A DNA stretch of 64,000 bases, taken from positions 13,573-77,572 of the forward strand of contig VGES01000010.1 in NCBI GenBank assembly GCA_016869765.1, in the 5' to 3' direction. Shown here piece after piece: positions 14,697 through 27,579 of the stretch (position 1 is its first letter; each line of letters begins with the position of its first letter). The notes under the pieces were generated by a model. That model saw only the letters and a list, made by a program, of their open reading frames with translations. It was not told where the DNA came from and did no database searches. This DNA is from Alphaproteobacteria bacterium. GTDB taxonomy: Bacteria; Pseudomonadota; Alphaproteobacteria; SHVP01. Made by a program: the position numbers and the translations under genes.

Positions 14697-15749
14697 TCAG
14701 CGCCCCGTGATCGCGTCGAAGAACTTGATGTAGGCCTCGACCACTTTTTCCTCGGTGAACTCTTTCTCGTAGGCGGCGCGGCCTGCGCGCGACAGTCGGC
14801 GCTGCACCTCGGGGCTTTCGAGCACGGTGCGAATCCCCGTGGCGAGCGCGGCCGCATCGTCGACCGGGACGAGCATGCCGGTGCGGCCGTCCTCGATCAG
14901 TTCGAGCGGACCTGCCGCCGCCGCGGCGACGACGGGGAGCCGCGCGCACCAGGCCTCGATCACGACGTTTCCGAGCGGCTCCTGGCGCGAGGGACAGACG
15001 AAGACATCGGCGGCCGCGAACAGCGACGCCATGTCCTCCTGCCAGCCCAGGAAACGCACGCGATCGATGATCTTGAGTTCGCCCGCCAGGCGCCGCAGCG
15101 TCGCCTCCATGGGCCCGGTGCCCGCCAGCCAGAGGTGGCAGTCGGGCAGTTCGCGCATCGCCTGCAGCAAAACGTCGAAGGCCTTGTTGAGATGAAGCCG
15201 CCCGGCGGCGAGCAGCAGCGGCACGTCCTCGGGGGTCGCGAACTCGGAGCGCGGCCGTGCCGGCGCCTTGGGCACGCTGACGAAATTGGGCAGGTAGTGG
15301 ACCCGGTCGGCGGCCCAGCGTTTGACCTTGAGGTAGCGGAGGATCCCCTGGGTGTTGGCGATCAGGTGATCACACGCCGCGTAGTACTTGAGGTTGTAGA
15401 ATCCGCCCAGGCGTGCGGCGTGGACGAAGCGTTTCTTGGTGCTCGCGGCCGGCGGGCAATGTTCGGTCGCCCGGTTCATCCAGGTGAGTACAACGTCCGG
15501 GCGATAGGCGTCGATCTCGGCCCGGAAGCGGCGGCGCGTCCACAGATCGATTCGCCCGCCGAAGCGCAGCTCCTTGGGCTCGAGGCCGGCCGCCTGGAGG
15601 GCCGCCGTGCGCGCCACGTTGCGCCGCACGACCACGTGTTGCTGCACGCCCGCACGATGCAGCGCCGCGCACAGGCGAACGAAGAACTCTTCGGCGCCCC
15701 CGTGGGCCGCGCCCGCCATCGCCTGCAGGATGCGGAGCGGCCTAGCCAC
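14697..15749 (-). CDS. Glycosyltransferase family 4 (GT-B, RfaG-like)
   Basis: PLRILQAMAGAAHGGAEEFF..., C-terminal VFVCPSRQEPLGNVVIEAWCARLPVVA..GPLELIEDGRTG (the E-x7-E region). Start uncertain (GTG 15749 or ATG 15719). Confidence 0.75.
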   Translation of the reverse strand: MARPLRILQAMAGAAHGGAEEFFVRLCAALHRAGVQQHVVVRRNVARTAALQAAGLEPKELRFGGRIDLWTRRRFRAEIDAYRPDVVLTWMNRATEHCPPAASTKKRFVHAARLGGFYNLKYYAACDHLIANTQGILRYLKVKRWAADRVHYLPNFVSVPKAPARPRSEFATPEDVPLLLAAGRLHLNKAFDVLLQAMRELPDCHLWLAGTGPMEATLRRLAGELKIIDRVRFLGWQEDMASLFAAADVFVCPSRQEPLGNVVIEAWCARLPVVAAAAAGPLELIEDGRTGMLVPVDDAAALATGIRTVLESPEVQRRLSRAGRAAYEKEFTEEKVVEAYIKFFDAITGR

Positions 15750-16497
15750 GTTCGAGCCGAGCCTTGAGGTGCGACAAGAGCGGATAGAGGGCCGCAAACA
15801 GCGCGATCAGGAAGCCCCAGGCGCCTTCACGATATCCCTGGCGGCGCCAATAGCACTTGAGGAAGCGCGACACCACGCGCCGCAGGTTCCCGGGCAGGCT
15901 GCCGATGTCGCCGGAGTCCCGCAGATCCGCCGCGTGCGCCGTCGTGTAGCGATCGAGGCGACGGATCATGTCCGAAATGTTGGCATCGACGTGATGAATC
16001 ATGCGGGCCTTCAGGCGGCGCGGCTCTCCGTGCAATTCCAGGCTTGGATGAATGCGTTGTCGTCCCCAGCGTTTGGCCCCCTTGGTGAACAGCCGCGGCG
16101 CCGAGGAGACGCCCCAGGACCCGCCCCAACCATAACGCACCAGCCGATCGCCCACGTAGTTGTCGAAGGGTACCAGGAAATGGCCGGGACTCGCGGTGGC
16201 AATCGCCGCGCGGATTTCGCGCGCGAGCTCCTCCGGCACGCGTTCGTCGGCGTCGACCTCGAGGACCCAGCGGCCGCGGCAGGCCTCGATCCCGGCATTG
16301 CGCCGGTCGCCCTCGATCGGCCAAGCCCCGGCCAGGGTGCGGCAGCCGTGCGCCGCCGCAATCCCGGCCGAGTCGTCGGTGCAGCGATCGAGCACGACGA
16401 CGATTTCGTCGGCGAAGGCGAGCGTCGCCAGGCACGCCGCGAGCTGGTGTTCTTCGTTGTGGGCGACGACGAGCGCCGAAAGCGCGACTTCGGTCAT
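15742..16497 (-). CDS. Glycosyltransferase family 2
   Basis: LSALVVAHNEE...EIVVVLDRCTDDS...VLEVDADE is a GT-A fold with a DxD-like motif. The ATG at 16497 overlaps the upstream stop (ATGA). Confidence 0.75.
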   Translation of the reverse strand: MTEVALSALVVAHNEEHQLAACLATLAFADEIVVVLDRCTDDSAGIAAAHGCRTLAGAWPIEGDRRNAGIEACRGRWVLEVDADERVPEELAREIRAAIATASPGHFLVPFDNYVGDRLVRYGWGGSWGVSSAPRLFTKGAKRWGRQRIHPSLELHGEPRRLKARMIHHVDANISDMIRRLDRYTTAHAADLRDSGDIGSLPGNLRRVVSRFLKCYWRRQGYREGAWGFLIALFAALYPLLSHLKARLERG

Positions 16498-17453
16498 GGA
16501 CCCCTCCGTCGTTGCCACAAGGCGAGCGCCGCGTCACGGACAGCCGCGACGCTGAGCGAGGTCATCAGGCTGCGCTGGCTGCGATAGTCGTAGTCCGGCG
16601 CCCGAACGATCGCCTCGTAGCTTTCCGGCGTACGCACCCAGGCGCAATGGGGCCCGAAGGGCGCGTAATGAACCTCGTTGCTCGGACCGAACAGGCCGAG
16701 CGTCGGGGTTCCCGCCGCCGCCGCCAGGTGCATCAACCCGGAGTCGTTGCCGACATAGAGCGCACAGCGCTCCAGGCACGCGGCCAACGTCAGCAGATCG
16801 TGGCGCCCGATGAGATCGATGGTCCGTTCCGGCGGCAGGTCGGCGAGCAACGGCGCGGCCGCGCTTCGCTCGCGCGGATCGGGGCCTCCTAGCACCGCGA
16901 TCTTGGCGGTCGCGAACGCCGGCTCGGCCCACAGCGCCCGGACGAGCGTGGCAAAGCGCTCGGCCGGCCATTGCTTGCCGCCCCAGTTGGCGGTCGGCCC
17001 GAGCGCGATCGTCGGCTGGCGATCGTCGATCAACGCCTGAGCCTGGGTGCGATGCGCCGCGCTCAACCACAGCCGTGGCGGCGCCGGTTCGCGCCAGCCC
17101 ATGGTCCCGGCCAGCATCATCAGGCGATGTTCGCCGCGCTCGACCTTGCGCAACACGAACCGTCGACGCGCCGGCACGAGATAGGCGAAGGCCGAGGCCC
17201 GGAGATCGACCACGGTATCCCACCAATGGGTGACCGTGGCGCGCCACAGATCGAACCAGTGCAACGACCACGGGCGCTTTTTCCAGGCGATGATCCGTTC
17301 GGCGTTGGGCAACGCCGCGAACAACGGCGCGGCAACAGGTCCGCACACGACCGTGGCGCGCGCGGTCGGGTGTTCGTCGAGCAGTCGCCCGAGCACGCCG
17401 GTCGAAAGAACCGCATCGCCCAGCCGGTTGGCGGTCACGAAGAGAATCCGCAT
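16494..17453 (-). CDS. Glycosyltransferase family 9 (LPS heptosyltransferase-like)
   Basis: MRILFVTANRLGDAVLSTG..., GPTANWGGKQWP, YVGNDSGLMHLAAAAGTPTLGLFGPS. Confidence 0.8.
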   Translation of the reverse strand: MRILFVTANRLGDAVLSTGVLGRLLDEHPTARATVVCGPVAAPLFAALPNAERIIAWKKRPWSLHWFDLWRATVTHWWDTVVDLRASAFAYLVPARRRFVLRKVERGEHRLMMLAGTMGWREPAPPRLWLSAAHRTQAQALIDDRQPTIALGPTANWGGKQWPAERFATLVRALWAEPAFATAKIAVLGGPDPRERSAAAPLLADLPPERTIDLIGRHDLLTLAACLERCALYVGNDSGLMHLAAAAGTPTLGLFGPSNEVHYAPFGPHCAWVRTPESYEAIVRAPDYDYRSQRSLMTSLSVAAVRDAALALWQRRRGP

Positions 17454-17456
17454 GCC

Positions 17457-17957
17457 CTAGGACGGAGTTGCCAGCGCCGTCGTGAGCTTCTGCAGCCACT
17501 CCTCGATGCGACGGCGGTTGACCCCGAAGTCCGAGCGCCCGTAGATCGAGCGGCTGTAGATCGCCAGCGTCGAGCGCGTCGCCCCGAGCTCCAGGAAGCG
17601 CACGGTCACGACGTCGGGAAATCCGGCGGCGCGTGAGCGTTGGACATAGTCGACCTGGTTCAACTCCGGGTCGAAGGCGAAGATGGCGGTCCGCGGCGCG
17701 CCCGCCACGATCTGCTCCCATTCGTAGCGCAATCGATCGACGGCGACCGGAAATTCGGGGCTGAGGCGATGCGCCTGGGTGCGGGCGCAGAGATCCGCCG
17801 GGCACACCAGGTAGCGGTTGTCGCTGCCACCGGTGAGCGTCACCCGCTCGAAGACGACCGGCGGGACATCGCCGATTCCGAGCTCGCCCGAGCAGCTCGC
17901 GGCCCCCAGGAGCGTGGCGAACACGGCAAGGGTCGTGAGGCGGCCAAACCGGGGCAT
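17457..17957 (-). CDS. DUF1499-like lipoprotein
   Basis: MPRFGRLTTLAVFATLLGAASC is a lipobox-like signal. The C-terminal SRSIYGRSDFGVNRRRIEEW is characteristic of DUF1499. Confidence 0.6.
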   Translation of the reverse strand: MPRFGRLTTLAVFATLLGAASCSGELGIGDVPPVVFERVTLTGGSDNRYLVCPADLCARTQAHRLSPEFPVAVDRLRYEWEQIVAGAPRTAIFAFDPELNQVDYVQRSRAAGFPDVVTVRFLELGATRSTLAIYSRSIYGRSDFGVNRRRIEEWLQKLTTALATPS

Positions 17958-18058
17958 GCCGTGCTTATACCGCGACCGCCGCCCACCGGCCACCCGACCA
18001 ATCTTGTCGGGCCGGCAGGAGCCGCCTATTTGTAGGCGGCGACACCGGGGTCACGAAC

Positions 18059-18967
18059 ATGCAACACAGGGCAACGACGCTGGCAGGCCGTGGCCTTCTC
18101 GCCATCACCGGCGAGGACACCACCACGTACCTGCAGGGGCTTATCTCCAACGACATCGAGAAAGTGACGGACGAACGCGCCGTGTTCGCAGCGCTGCTCT
18201 CGGCCCAGGGAAAATTTCTCCACGACTTCATCGTGTTTCGCATCGCGTTGGACGGCCGAACGTCCGTCGTCCTCGACCTCGAGCGGGCGCGGCAGGCCGA
18301 CTTGTTGCGGCGGCTCACGCTCTATCGCCTGCGGGCCAAGGTCGAGTTTCTCGATGTGACGGACCGCCTGCGTACGCTCGCCCTGTGGGGGCCAAACGCG
18401 GCCGCCCAAGCGGACCTCGCCAGCGAGCCGGGCGCGGCACGAACGATCGCCGGCGGCCTGATCGCCGTCGACCCGCGACACGTCGGTCTCGGCCTCCGCG
18501 CCTGGATTCCCGCGACGGCGGCCGAGGCGGTCGCAGCGGACCTCGGCTTTGTTCTGGCCGACGAGGCCGCCTACGACGCCCATCGCCTGGCCCTCGGCAT
18601 CCCGGATGGCAGCCGCGACGTCGTGATCGACAAGAGCCTCCCCCTCGAATGCGGCTTCGATGAGCTCAACGCCGTCGACTACAAAAAGGGCTGCTACGTC
18701 GGCCAAGAGATGACCGCGCGAACGCACTATCGCGCCACCATTCGAAAGAGGCTCTACCAAGTGGCGATCGACGGCCCGCTCCCGGCGCCCGGCACGCCGA
18801 TCATGCGAGGGGAGGCGGAAGCCGGAGAAATGCGCTCCGGCTTGGGCCAACAGGGGTTGGCCCTCTTGAAGATCGACGAGGCCAAGGCCGCGATCGAAGG
18901 CCGCGAGACGTTGTCCGCCGGGACGAGTAGACTGCGACCCACCAAACCTGCTTGGGCCAACTTCTAG
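18059..18967 (+). CDS. ygfZ: Folate-binding YgfZ/CAF17-family protein (aminomethyltransferase fold)
   Basis: 302 aa. LAITGEDTTTYLQGLISND, AYDAHRLALGIP, KGCYVGQE (the KGCYxGQE signature). Confidence 0.8.
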   Translation: MQHRATTLAGRGLLAITGEDTTTYLQGLISNDIEKVTDERAVFAALLSAQGKFLHDFIVFRIALDGRTSVVLDLERARQADLLRRLTLYRLRAKVEFLDVTDRLRTLALWGPNAAAQADLASEPGAARTIAGGLIAVDPRHVGLGLRAWIPATAAEAVAADLGFVLADEAAYDAHRLALGIPDGSRDVVIDKSLPLECGFDELNAVDYKKGCYVGQEMTARTHYRATIRKRLYQVAIDGPLPAPGTPIMRGEAEAGEMRSGLGQQGLALLKIDEAKAAIEGRETLSAGTSRLRPTKPAWANF

Positions 18968-18968
18968 G

Positions 18969-19571
18969 GTGGACATGTCGGCTGAGCCGCGCGCCCGGTG
19001 TCCTTGGTGCGGCTCGGACCCGGTTTATGTCGCCTACCACGATCACGAATGGGGCGTTCCGGAGTGGGACGACCGGGCGTTGTTCGAGAAACTCGTGCTC
19101 GACGGCTTCCAGGCCGGCCTGAGCTGGATCACCATCCTGCGTAAGCGCGAGGCGTTTCGTGAAGCCTTCGACGGCTTCGTGCCGGAGACCATCGCCCGCT
19201 ACGACCGCCGCAAGCTGAGGCGCCTGATGGCCAACCCGGGAATCGTGCGCAATCGCGCCAAGATCGAATCCTCGGTGACCAGCGCGCGCGCCTGGCTCGC
19301 GCTCATGGAGCGCGAACCCGAGGGCTTTGCCGGATTTCTCTGGCGCTTCGTCGACGGCGAGCCCCAGGTCAACCGCTTCCGCCGCCAGAGGCAGGTCCCG
19401 GCCGAGACGAAGGAGTCCCAGGCGATGAGCAAGGCCCTGAAAGAGGCGGGCTTTCGTTTCTGCGGGCCGACGATCGTCTATGCCTTCATGCAGGCCGTGG
19501 GCATGGTCAACGACCACCTTGTGGATTGTTTTCGCCACGGTGAGGTTTCACGCCAGCGGGCACGATCGTGA
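18969..19571 (+). CDS. tag: DNA-3-methyladenine glycosylase I
   Basis: CPWCGSDPVYVAYHDHEWGVP, FEKLVLDGFQAGLSW, GPTIVYAFMQAVGMVNDH. Confidence 0.85.
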   Translation: MDMSAEPRARCPWCGSDPVYVAYHDHEWGVPEWDDRALFEKLVLDGFQAGLSWITILRKREAFREAFDGFVPETIARYDRRKLRRLMANPGIVRNRAKIESSVTSARAWLALMEREPEGFAGFLWRFVDGEPQVNRFRRQRQVPAETKESQAMSKALKEAGFRFCGPTIVYAFMQAVGMVNDHLVDCFRHGEVSRQRARS

Positions 19572-21448
19572 AACCGAAACCGCCGAAGCGGGGTATTAGC
19601 GTCAACGAGGTCGGCAACCGCGACGAGGACCAGCCCGTCGCCGGCTTGCCGCCAACCGCTCCGGCTTTGGCAGACAGTTACGTCGAAACGTTTCACTGGA
19701 CCGTCGACCTCTCGCCCGAGGCATTGTGGTCGGTGTTGGGCGATCCCGGCCGCCTCGACGAAGCGGCCGGGTGGCCGCGCGTCCGGTTGCGCTCGCGCAA
19801 GCCGCGCCGCGCCCGACGCATCAACTCCCCACGCGGCCCGTTCGGCTGGCCCTTCGCGATGTCCTTCGACGAACAACCGATCGAGTGGGTCAGGCCGAAA
19901 TGGTGGCGGCGCGAGCGCACGTACGGTTCTGGGCCGCTCGCGTCCGATGTCCTCACCCTCGCCATCCTGCGCAACCACGAATCGGTGACGACGATCTCCT
20001 TTACGGTGGAAGTGGTCCCCCGCGGCATCGTCGGCTGGCTCCTGGTGCGCACGGCGCTCTTCCGTATGGCCCGCGAAACCTTCGCGCAGGTGCTGGGGGA
20101 CGCCATGAGCCAGCGCCACATGCGGCAATCGCCGGACCGGGTGTTGAGCGACGTGACGATTCCCGATCACCTCGAGGACGCGGTCACCCGGCTCGACGCC
20201 TCGCCCTACGGACACGATGGGACCGCGTTGATCCGCTGGCTGCTGGCCGCCCCCGGCGAGGACGTGGTGCGGATTCGGCCGTTCGAACTCGCGAGCGATC
20301 GCCGCCTGTCGGCGACCGCCGCGATCGACACCTGCCTGCAGGCCGCGGCCTACGGCCTGATGCGGCCCAACTGGGAACTCGTCTGCAATGCTTGCGGCAT
20401 GCTGGTGCAAACCGAGCCGCGACTTGGAGATCTTCCTGGAAGTGCCGCCTGTCCGTCGTGCCAGACCACGGTGTTCCGCGATCTCGCGCAGACCGTCGAA
20501 CTCACGTTCGCGGCGACCGACGCCGTGCGGCAGTTGGACAATGCCGACATCGACCGCGCGGCGCGACGCGAGTCCTATGCCGCGGAACTCCGTGTCGGGG
20601 TCGATGCCGGCCGCGCCCGCACGGTTCACGCCACGCTTGCGCCCGGTAGCTACCGGGTCGAGGCGCTGGAGACCGGCGATGGCGGTGAGATGACCGTGTC
20701 GGGTGGGCGCTTTGCCGCGGTCACGGTCGGGAGCGGCCTCTCGATCGGCTCGGGCACCGAGGCCGGCACGTTGCAGGTCACCAATCGCGGCGGTGAACGC
20801 CAGACCGTGGTCGTCTCGCGCCTGCCGCGTTCGGACATGGGTCTGCGCGCCAACCGCGCCATCACGCAACAGGCCTTCACCGAACTGCACGCCCAGGACG
20901 GGCTCGACGAAGGCGAAAGTTACTCGCTCGGGCCGGTGACCGTGGCGACGTTCAACCTGGCGCTTGAAGCCGCCAGTTATCAGAGCGGGTCGTCGTCCGG
21001 CAGCTACAAGCAACTTCGCGCCCTGATCGATCAGATCAAGGCGGCGGTTGCGGAAGCCGGTGGCAGCACCTGGGGCGAAAGCGAGGACGCGGCGGTGGCG
21101 GTGTTCGCCCAGTCGGATGCAGCGGCCCGGACGGTGCTGCATTTGCGGCGGCTGAGCGAAAGCGGCCGCCCGATCGCGGCCACGCTGTTGAGCGGGCTTG
21201 CTTCTTTGGTCGCCAAGGGCGAGAAGCGCCGGGTCGAAGGCCCGGCCCTCGACGGCGCGCAAGCGCTGCACCGGCTCGCCCGCCGCGGCGACTTCCTCAC
21301 CGACCTGACGATCGCCGGTGACCCGACCTTCCAACGCCTGCTCCAGGGCGCAGGGTTGACCGGTGTGCGGCGCGATTCGACCGCACTGCCGGATGGCGCT
21401 TACGAAGAAATCATCGCCGCACCCGACCGCCAGGGCCGGGTGGCGTAG
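19568..21448 (+). CDS. Multidomain protein: SRPBCC-like N-domain + CxxC..CxxC module + degenerate class III cyclase-homology domain
   Basis: 626 aa. The GTG start overlaps the tag stop (GTGA). The 4-Cys module is CNACGMLVQTEPRLGDLPGSAACPSCQ. The C-terminal VTVATFNLA...GGSTWGESEDAAVAVF resembles V-x-F-x-D-x...GD-A-x-x-A-x-F of cyclase domains, but the metal-binding Asp positions are substituted. Confidence 0.55.
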   Translation: MKPKPPKRGISVNEVGNRDEDQPVAGLPPTAPALADSYVETFHWTVDLSPEALWSVLGDPGRLDEAAGWPRVRLRSRKPRRARRINSPRGPFGWPFAMSFDEQPIEWVRPKWWRRERTYGSGPLASDVLTLAILRNHESVTTISFTVEVVPRGIVGWLLVRTALFRMARETFAQVLGDAMSQRHMRQSPDRVLSDVTIPDHLEDAVTRLDASPYGHDGTALIRWLLAAPGEDVVRIRPFELASDRRLSATAAIDTCLQAAAYGLMRPNWELVCNACGMLVQTEPRLGDLPGSAACPSCQTTVFRDLAQTVELTFAATDAVRQLDNADIDRAARRESYAAELRVGVDAGRARTVHATLAPGSYRVEALETGDGGEMTVSGGRFAAVTVGSGLSIGSGTEAGTLQVTNRGGERQTVVVSRLPRSDMGLRANRAITQQAFTELHAQDGLDEGESYSLGPVTVATFNLALEAASYQSGSSSGSYKQLRALIDQIKAAVAEAGGSTWGESEDAAVAVFAQSDAAARTVLHLRRLSESGRPIAATLLSGLASLVAKGEKRRVEGPALDGAQALHRLARRGDFLTDLTIAGDPTFQRLLQGAGLTGVRRDSTALPDGAYEEIIAAPDRQGRVA

Positions 21449-21452
21449 TAAA

Positions 21453-21473
21453 ACCGTTAGGCGTCTTTCTCGC
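21453..21473. repeat. Orphan copy of the ppdK 3' end (20/21 identical to 21668..21688)
   Basis: accgttaGgcgtctttctcgc versus accgttaAgcgtctttctcgc. The copies are 215 bp apart. Confidence 0.8.
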
Positions 21474-21671
21474 CCTCGCCCTTCATGGGTCCGGCATGCC
21501 TCGGGGCGAGTCCAGGCTCAGGGCCTCGCATTCACCAGCGCACATTGGACCAAGGACGCAGCCCGGGTGGTCAAGGGAACCTTGACATGGGCTGGGAACG
21601 TTGGAGCCTTTGATCGCTTTTCGTGGGCGAGGAGCCCTATCGAGCAATGGGCGTACTCGAATTGGCGACCG

Positions 21672-24347
<2,676 letters not shown>

Positions 24348-24350
24348 CGT

Positions 24351-26423
24351 TCATCCTTCGATCTGCGAAAAATCCGCGACGCCGTCGAGGGCGCCGCGAA
24401 TCTGCGCCAGAAGCTTGAGCCGGTTGGCCCGCAACTCGGGCTCCGGAGCGTTCACCGTGACCTTGTCGAAGAACGCATCGATCGGCCGGCGAAGCTGCGC
24501 CAACGCAGCCATGGCCGCCGTGAATTTTTCGGCCGCCAGGGCGTCGGCGCCGGTTTTTTGGACGGCAAGCAGGGCCTCATGCAAGGCCTTTTCTTCGGGC
24601 GCGCGAAACCGCGCCGGATCGGCTGGTCCGTCGTAGGCCCGGCCGTCCTTCTTGGCCTCGATCCGCACGATATTGCCGGCGCGGCGATAGGCGGTGAGCA
24701 GGTTGGTGCCGTCGTCGCCGGCCAGGAACCGGCGCAAGGCCTCGACCCGGGCCATGAGGCGGACGAGGTCGTCCTCGCCGCCACGGCCGAACACCGCCGA
24801 AATGAGGTCGTGACGCACCCCCTGCTCGCGCAGGTGCACCTTGAGCCGATCGGCGATGAAGGCGAGGAGCTCGTCGGCGTCGAGCTTGCCAGCCTTGGCC
24901 GATGGCCCGTTGGTGTAGAGGCGGGCGGCCTGAGCGAACACCTGTTTCAGGGACAGCCGCAGGCCGTTTTCGAGGATCAACCGGATGACGCCCTGGGCCG
25001 CGCGCCGGAGGGCGAAGGGATCCTTGGAGCCGGTCGGCGTTTCGCCGATGGCGAAGAACCCGACCAGGGTGTCGATCTTGTCGGCGAGCGCGATCACGAC
25101 GGAAACAGGAGCGGTCGGGCAACGGTCGCCCGGCCCCTTGGGCGAATAGTGCTCGGTGATGGCGCGAACGACGTCATCGGGTTCGCCGCCGTGGCGCGCG
25201 TAATAACTGCCCATGACGCCCTGCAACTCGGGGAACTCGCCCACCATGCCGGTGACGAGGTCGGCCTTGGCCAGCCGGGCTGCGACCTGGACCTTTTCGC
25301 GGTCGGCGCCCGTCACCACTTTGGCGAGGTCGGCGGCCAGGGCTTCGATGCGATCGACCTTGGCATCGAGCGTGCCGAGCCTGGCGTGGAACACGATGTC
25401 GCGCAGCTTGGGCGCACGGCTCGCCAAGCTTTGCTTGCGGTCGAGGTCCCAGAAAAAGCGCGCATCGGCGAGACGCGCGCGCAACACGCGCTCGTTGCCG
25501 GCGACGATCGCGCGCCCCTGGTCCTTGGCCTCGAGGTTGGCGACGACGATGAACGCCGGCGCCATCACGCCCGACTGGTCGGCGAGCGCGAGGTAGCGTT
25601 GATGGTTGCGCATCGCGGCTCGCAGCACTTCGGGCGGCAGGTCCATGAACGACGGGTCGATCGCGCCGCGCAGCACCACGGGCCACTCGACGAGCCCGGC
25701 GATTTCGTCGAGCAATTCGGCGTCTTCGATCAACGTCAGACGGCGCTGCGCCGCGGCAAAACGCGCCTGCGCTTCGATGAAGTCGCGGCGCTCGCCGGCG
25801 CTCAGCATGACGTGTGCCTCGCGCAGCTTCTGGCGGTAGTCCGCGAAGTCGGCCACGGGAAATGCCACCGGGGCATGGAAGCGGTGTCCGGCCGTCCGCT
25901 GGCCAGACGCGACGGGCCCGAGCGAAAACCGGACGACCTCGCCGTCGAAAAGACACAGCACGCTCTGGATCGGACGCACCCAACGGAAATCGCCGGTGCC
26001 CCACCGCATCGACTTGGGCCAGGGCAGCTTGACGAGCGTTTCGGGCAACAGCTTGGCCAGAACGTCCCGTGTCGCGCGCCCCTGACGTTGGACGACCGCG
26101 AACAGGAACACGCCCTTGCCGGTGTCGCGCTCTTCGACCTGCTCGCGGCTGAGCCCGACAGAATTCAGGAACCCCTTGATCGCCTGCTCGGAGGCATCGC
26201 GCCGCGGGCCGCGGCGCTCTTCGCTCGTGTCGGGTTGGGCGAGCGGCAAGCCCGTGACGACGAGCACCAGTCGCCGCGGGGTGACGAACGTCTGGAGGCC
26301 CTCGACTGCCAAGCCGGAGGTCTTGAGCGCCTCGCCCACCAGCCGCGCGAGATCGTCGGCGGCGCGCGCCTGCATGCGGGCCGGGATTTCCTCGCAGAGG
26401 ATTTCGAGCAGCAGCTCGGCCAT
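24351..26423 (-). CDS. glyS: Glycine--tRNA ligase beta subunit
   Basis: From the ATG at 26423 (ATGA overlap with the glyQ stop): [18 protein letters not shown]..., [18 protein letters not shown]. The track ORF 24351..27233 is over-extended into an out-of-frame reading of glyQ. Confidence 0.9.
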   Translation of the reverse strand: MAELLLEILCEEIPARMQARAADDLARLVGEALKTSGLAVEGLQTFVTPRRLVLVVTGLPLAQPDTSEERRGPRRDASEQAIKGFLNSVGLSREQVEERDTGKGVFLFAVVQRQGRATRDVLAKLLPETLVKLPWPKSMRWGTGDFRWVRPIQSVLCLFDGEVVRFSLGPVASGQRTAGHRFHAPVAFPVADFADYRQKLREAHVMLSAGERRDFIEAQARFAAAQRRLTLIEDAELLDEIAGLVEWPVVLRGAIDPSFMDLPPEVLRAAMRNHQRYLALADQSGVMAPAFIVVANLEAKDQGRAIVAGNERVLRARLADARFFWDLDRKQSLASRAPKLRDIVFHARLGTLDAKVDRIEALAADLAKVVTGADREKVQVAARLAKADLVTGMVGEFPELQGVMGSYYARHGGEPDDVVRAITEHYSPKGPGDRCPTAPVSVVIALADKIDTLVGFFAIGETPTGSKDPFALRRAAQGVIRLILENGLRLSLKQVFAQAARLYTNGPSAKAGKLDADELLAFIADRLKVHLREQGVRHDLISAVFGRGGEDDLVRLMARVEALRRFLAGDDGTNLLTAYRRAGNIVRIEAKKDGRAYDGPADPARFRAPEEKALHEALLAVQKTGADALAAEKFTAAMAALAQLRRPIDAFFDKVTVNAPEPELRANRLKLLAQIRGALDGVADFSQIEG

Positions 26424-27289
26424 CACCGGGCCTTCGCCTGGAGCCAGGCTTCGCACGACGCCTTGGCGAGCGCGCGCACCCGCGCGATGTAGGCCGCACG
26501 TTCGGTGACGCTGATCACGCCGCGCGCATCCAGCAGGTTGAAGGCGTGCGAGGCCTTGATGCAGTGGTCGTAGGCCGGCAACGCGAGTCCGCGCTCGATC
26601 AGCGCCCGGCATTGCGCCTCGGCGTCGGCGAAGTGGCGCAGCAGCATCGCCGTGTCGGCGTGCTCGAAGTTGTAGGCCGAGAACTCGCGTTCGCCGCGCA
26701 GGAATACATCGCCGTAGCGCACGCCCTGGCCGTTCCAATCGAGGTCGTAGACGTTCTCGACGCCCTGGACGTACATCGCCAGGCGTTCGAGGCCGTAGGT
26801 GATCTCGCCCGACACCGGATTGCAGTCGATACCGCCGACCTGCTGGAAGTAGGTGAACTGCGTCACCTCCATGCCGTCGCACCACACCTCCCAGCCCAGG
26901 CCCCAGGCGCCCAACGTCGGGCTCTCCCAGTCGTCCTCGACGAGGCGGATGTCGTGGTTGGCGGCATCGATGCCGATCGCCTTCAGGCTGCCGAAGTAGC
27001 GTTCGAGGATATCGCCGGGCGACGGCTTCAGGATGACCTGGAACTGATAGTAGTGCTGCAGGCGGTTCGGGTTCTCGCCGTAACGTCCGTCGGCGGGACG
27101 GCGCGAGGGCTGGACGAACGCTGCGTTCCACGGCTCTGGCCCGAGCGCCCGCAGGGTCGTGGCCGGATGAAAGGTGCCCGCCCCCATCTCGACGTCGTAG
27201 GGTTGCAGCACGACACAGCCCTGCCGCGCCCAATACGCCTGCAGGGTGAGGATGAGATCTTGAAAGGTTGGGACGGTGGCGTTCGCCAT
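26423..27289 (-). CDS. glyQ: Glycine--tRNA ligase alpha subunit
   Basis: 288 aa. [50 protein letters not shown]. Confidence 0.95.
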   Translation of the reverse strand: MANATVPTFQDLILTLQAYWARQGCVVLQPYDVEMGAGTFHPATTLRALGPEPWNAAFVQPSRRPADGRYGENPNRLQHYYQFQVILKPSPGDILERYFGSLKAIGIDAANHDIRLVEDDWESPTLGAWGLGWEVWCDGMEVTQFTYFQQVGGIDCNPVSGEITYGLERLAMYVQGVENVYDLDWNGQGVRYGDVFLRGEREFSAYNFEHADTAMLLRHFADAEAQCRALIERGLALPAYDHCIKASHAFNLLDARGVISVTERAAYIARVRALAKASCEAWLQAKAR

Positions 27290-27360
27290 CGTCAGGGCCG
27301 CTTTTGTAGGGGGCCTAAATAGGGCGCGGGCAACCTACCGAGCGCTCCGCGCAGGGTCAA

Positions 27361-27579
27361 CTAGGCTTTCTTGGCGAGAAACGGGCAGTCGCCACGACCG
27401 CAGGGCTGCGACAGGGTCTGGGCGACATAGCTGCCGCAGACCTTGCACGGGCGCACCTCTTCGGGGGGCGGCAACTCCTCCCGCGCCTTCTGCATTCGGC
27501 GGAGGATCCGCAGCACGTAGAACGCCGCGATCAGGAGCAGCAGGGCGATGCCGATTTTGGTCGCGCTGATGCCGAACAT
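27361..27579 (-). CDS. Small membrane-anchored Cys-rich protein (72 aa, CxxC...C....C)
   Basis: MFGISATKIGIALLLLIAAFYVLRILRR...CKVCGSYVAQTLSQPCGRGDCPF. The ATG overlaps the S49 peptidase stop (ATGA). Confidence 0.55.
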   Translation of the reverse strand: MFGISATKIGIALLLLIAAFYVLRILRRMQKAREELPPPEEVRPCKVCGSYVAQTLSQPCGRGDCPFLAKKA

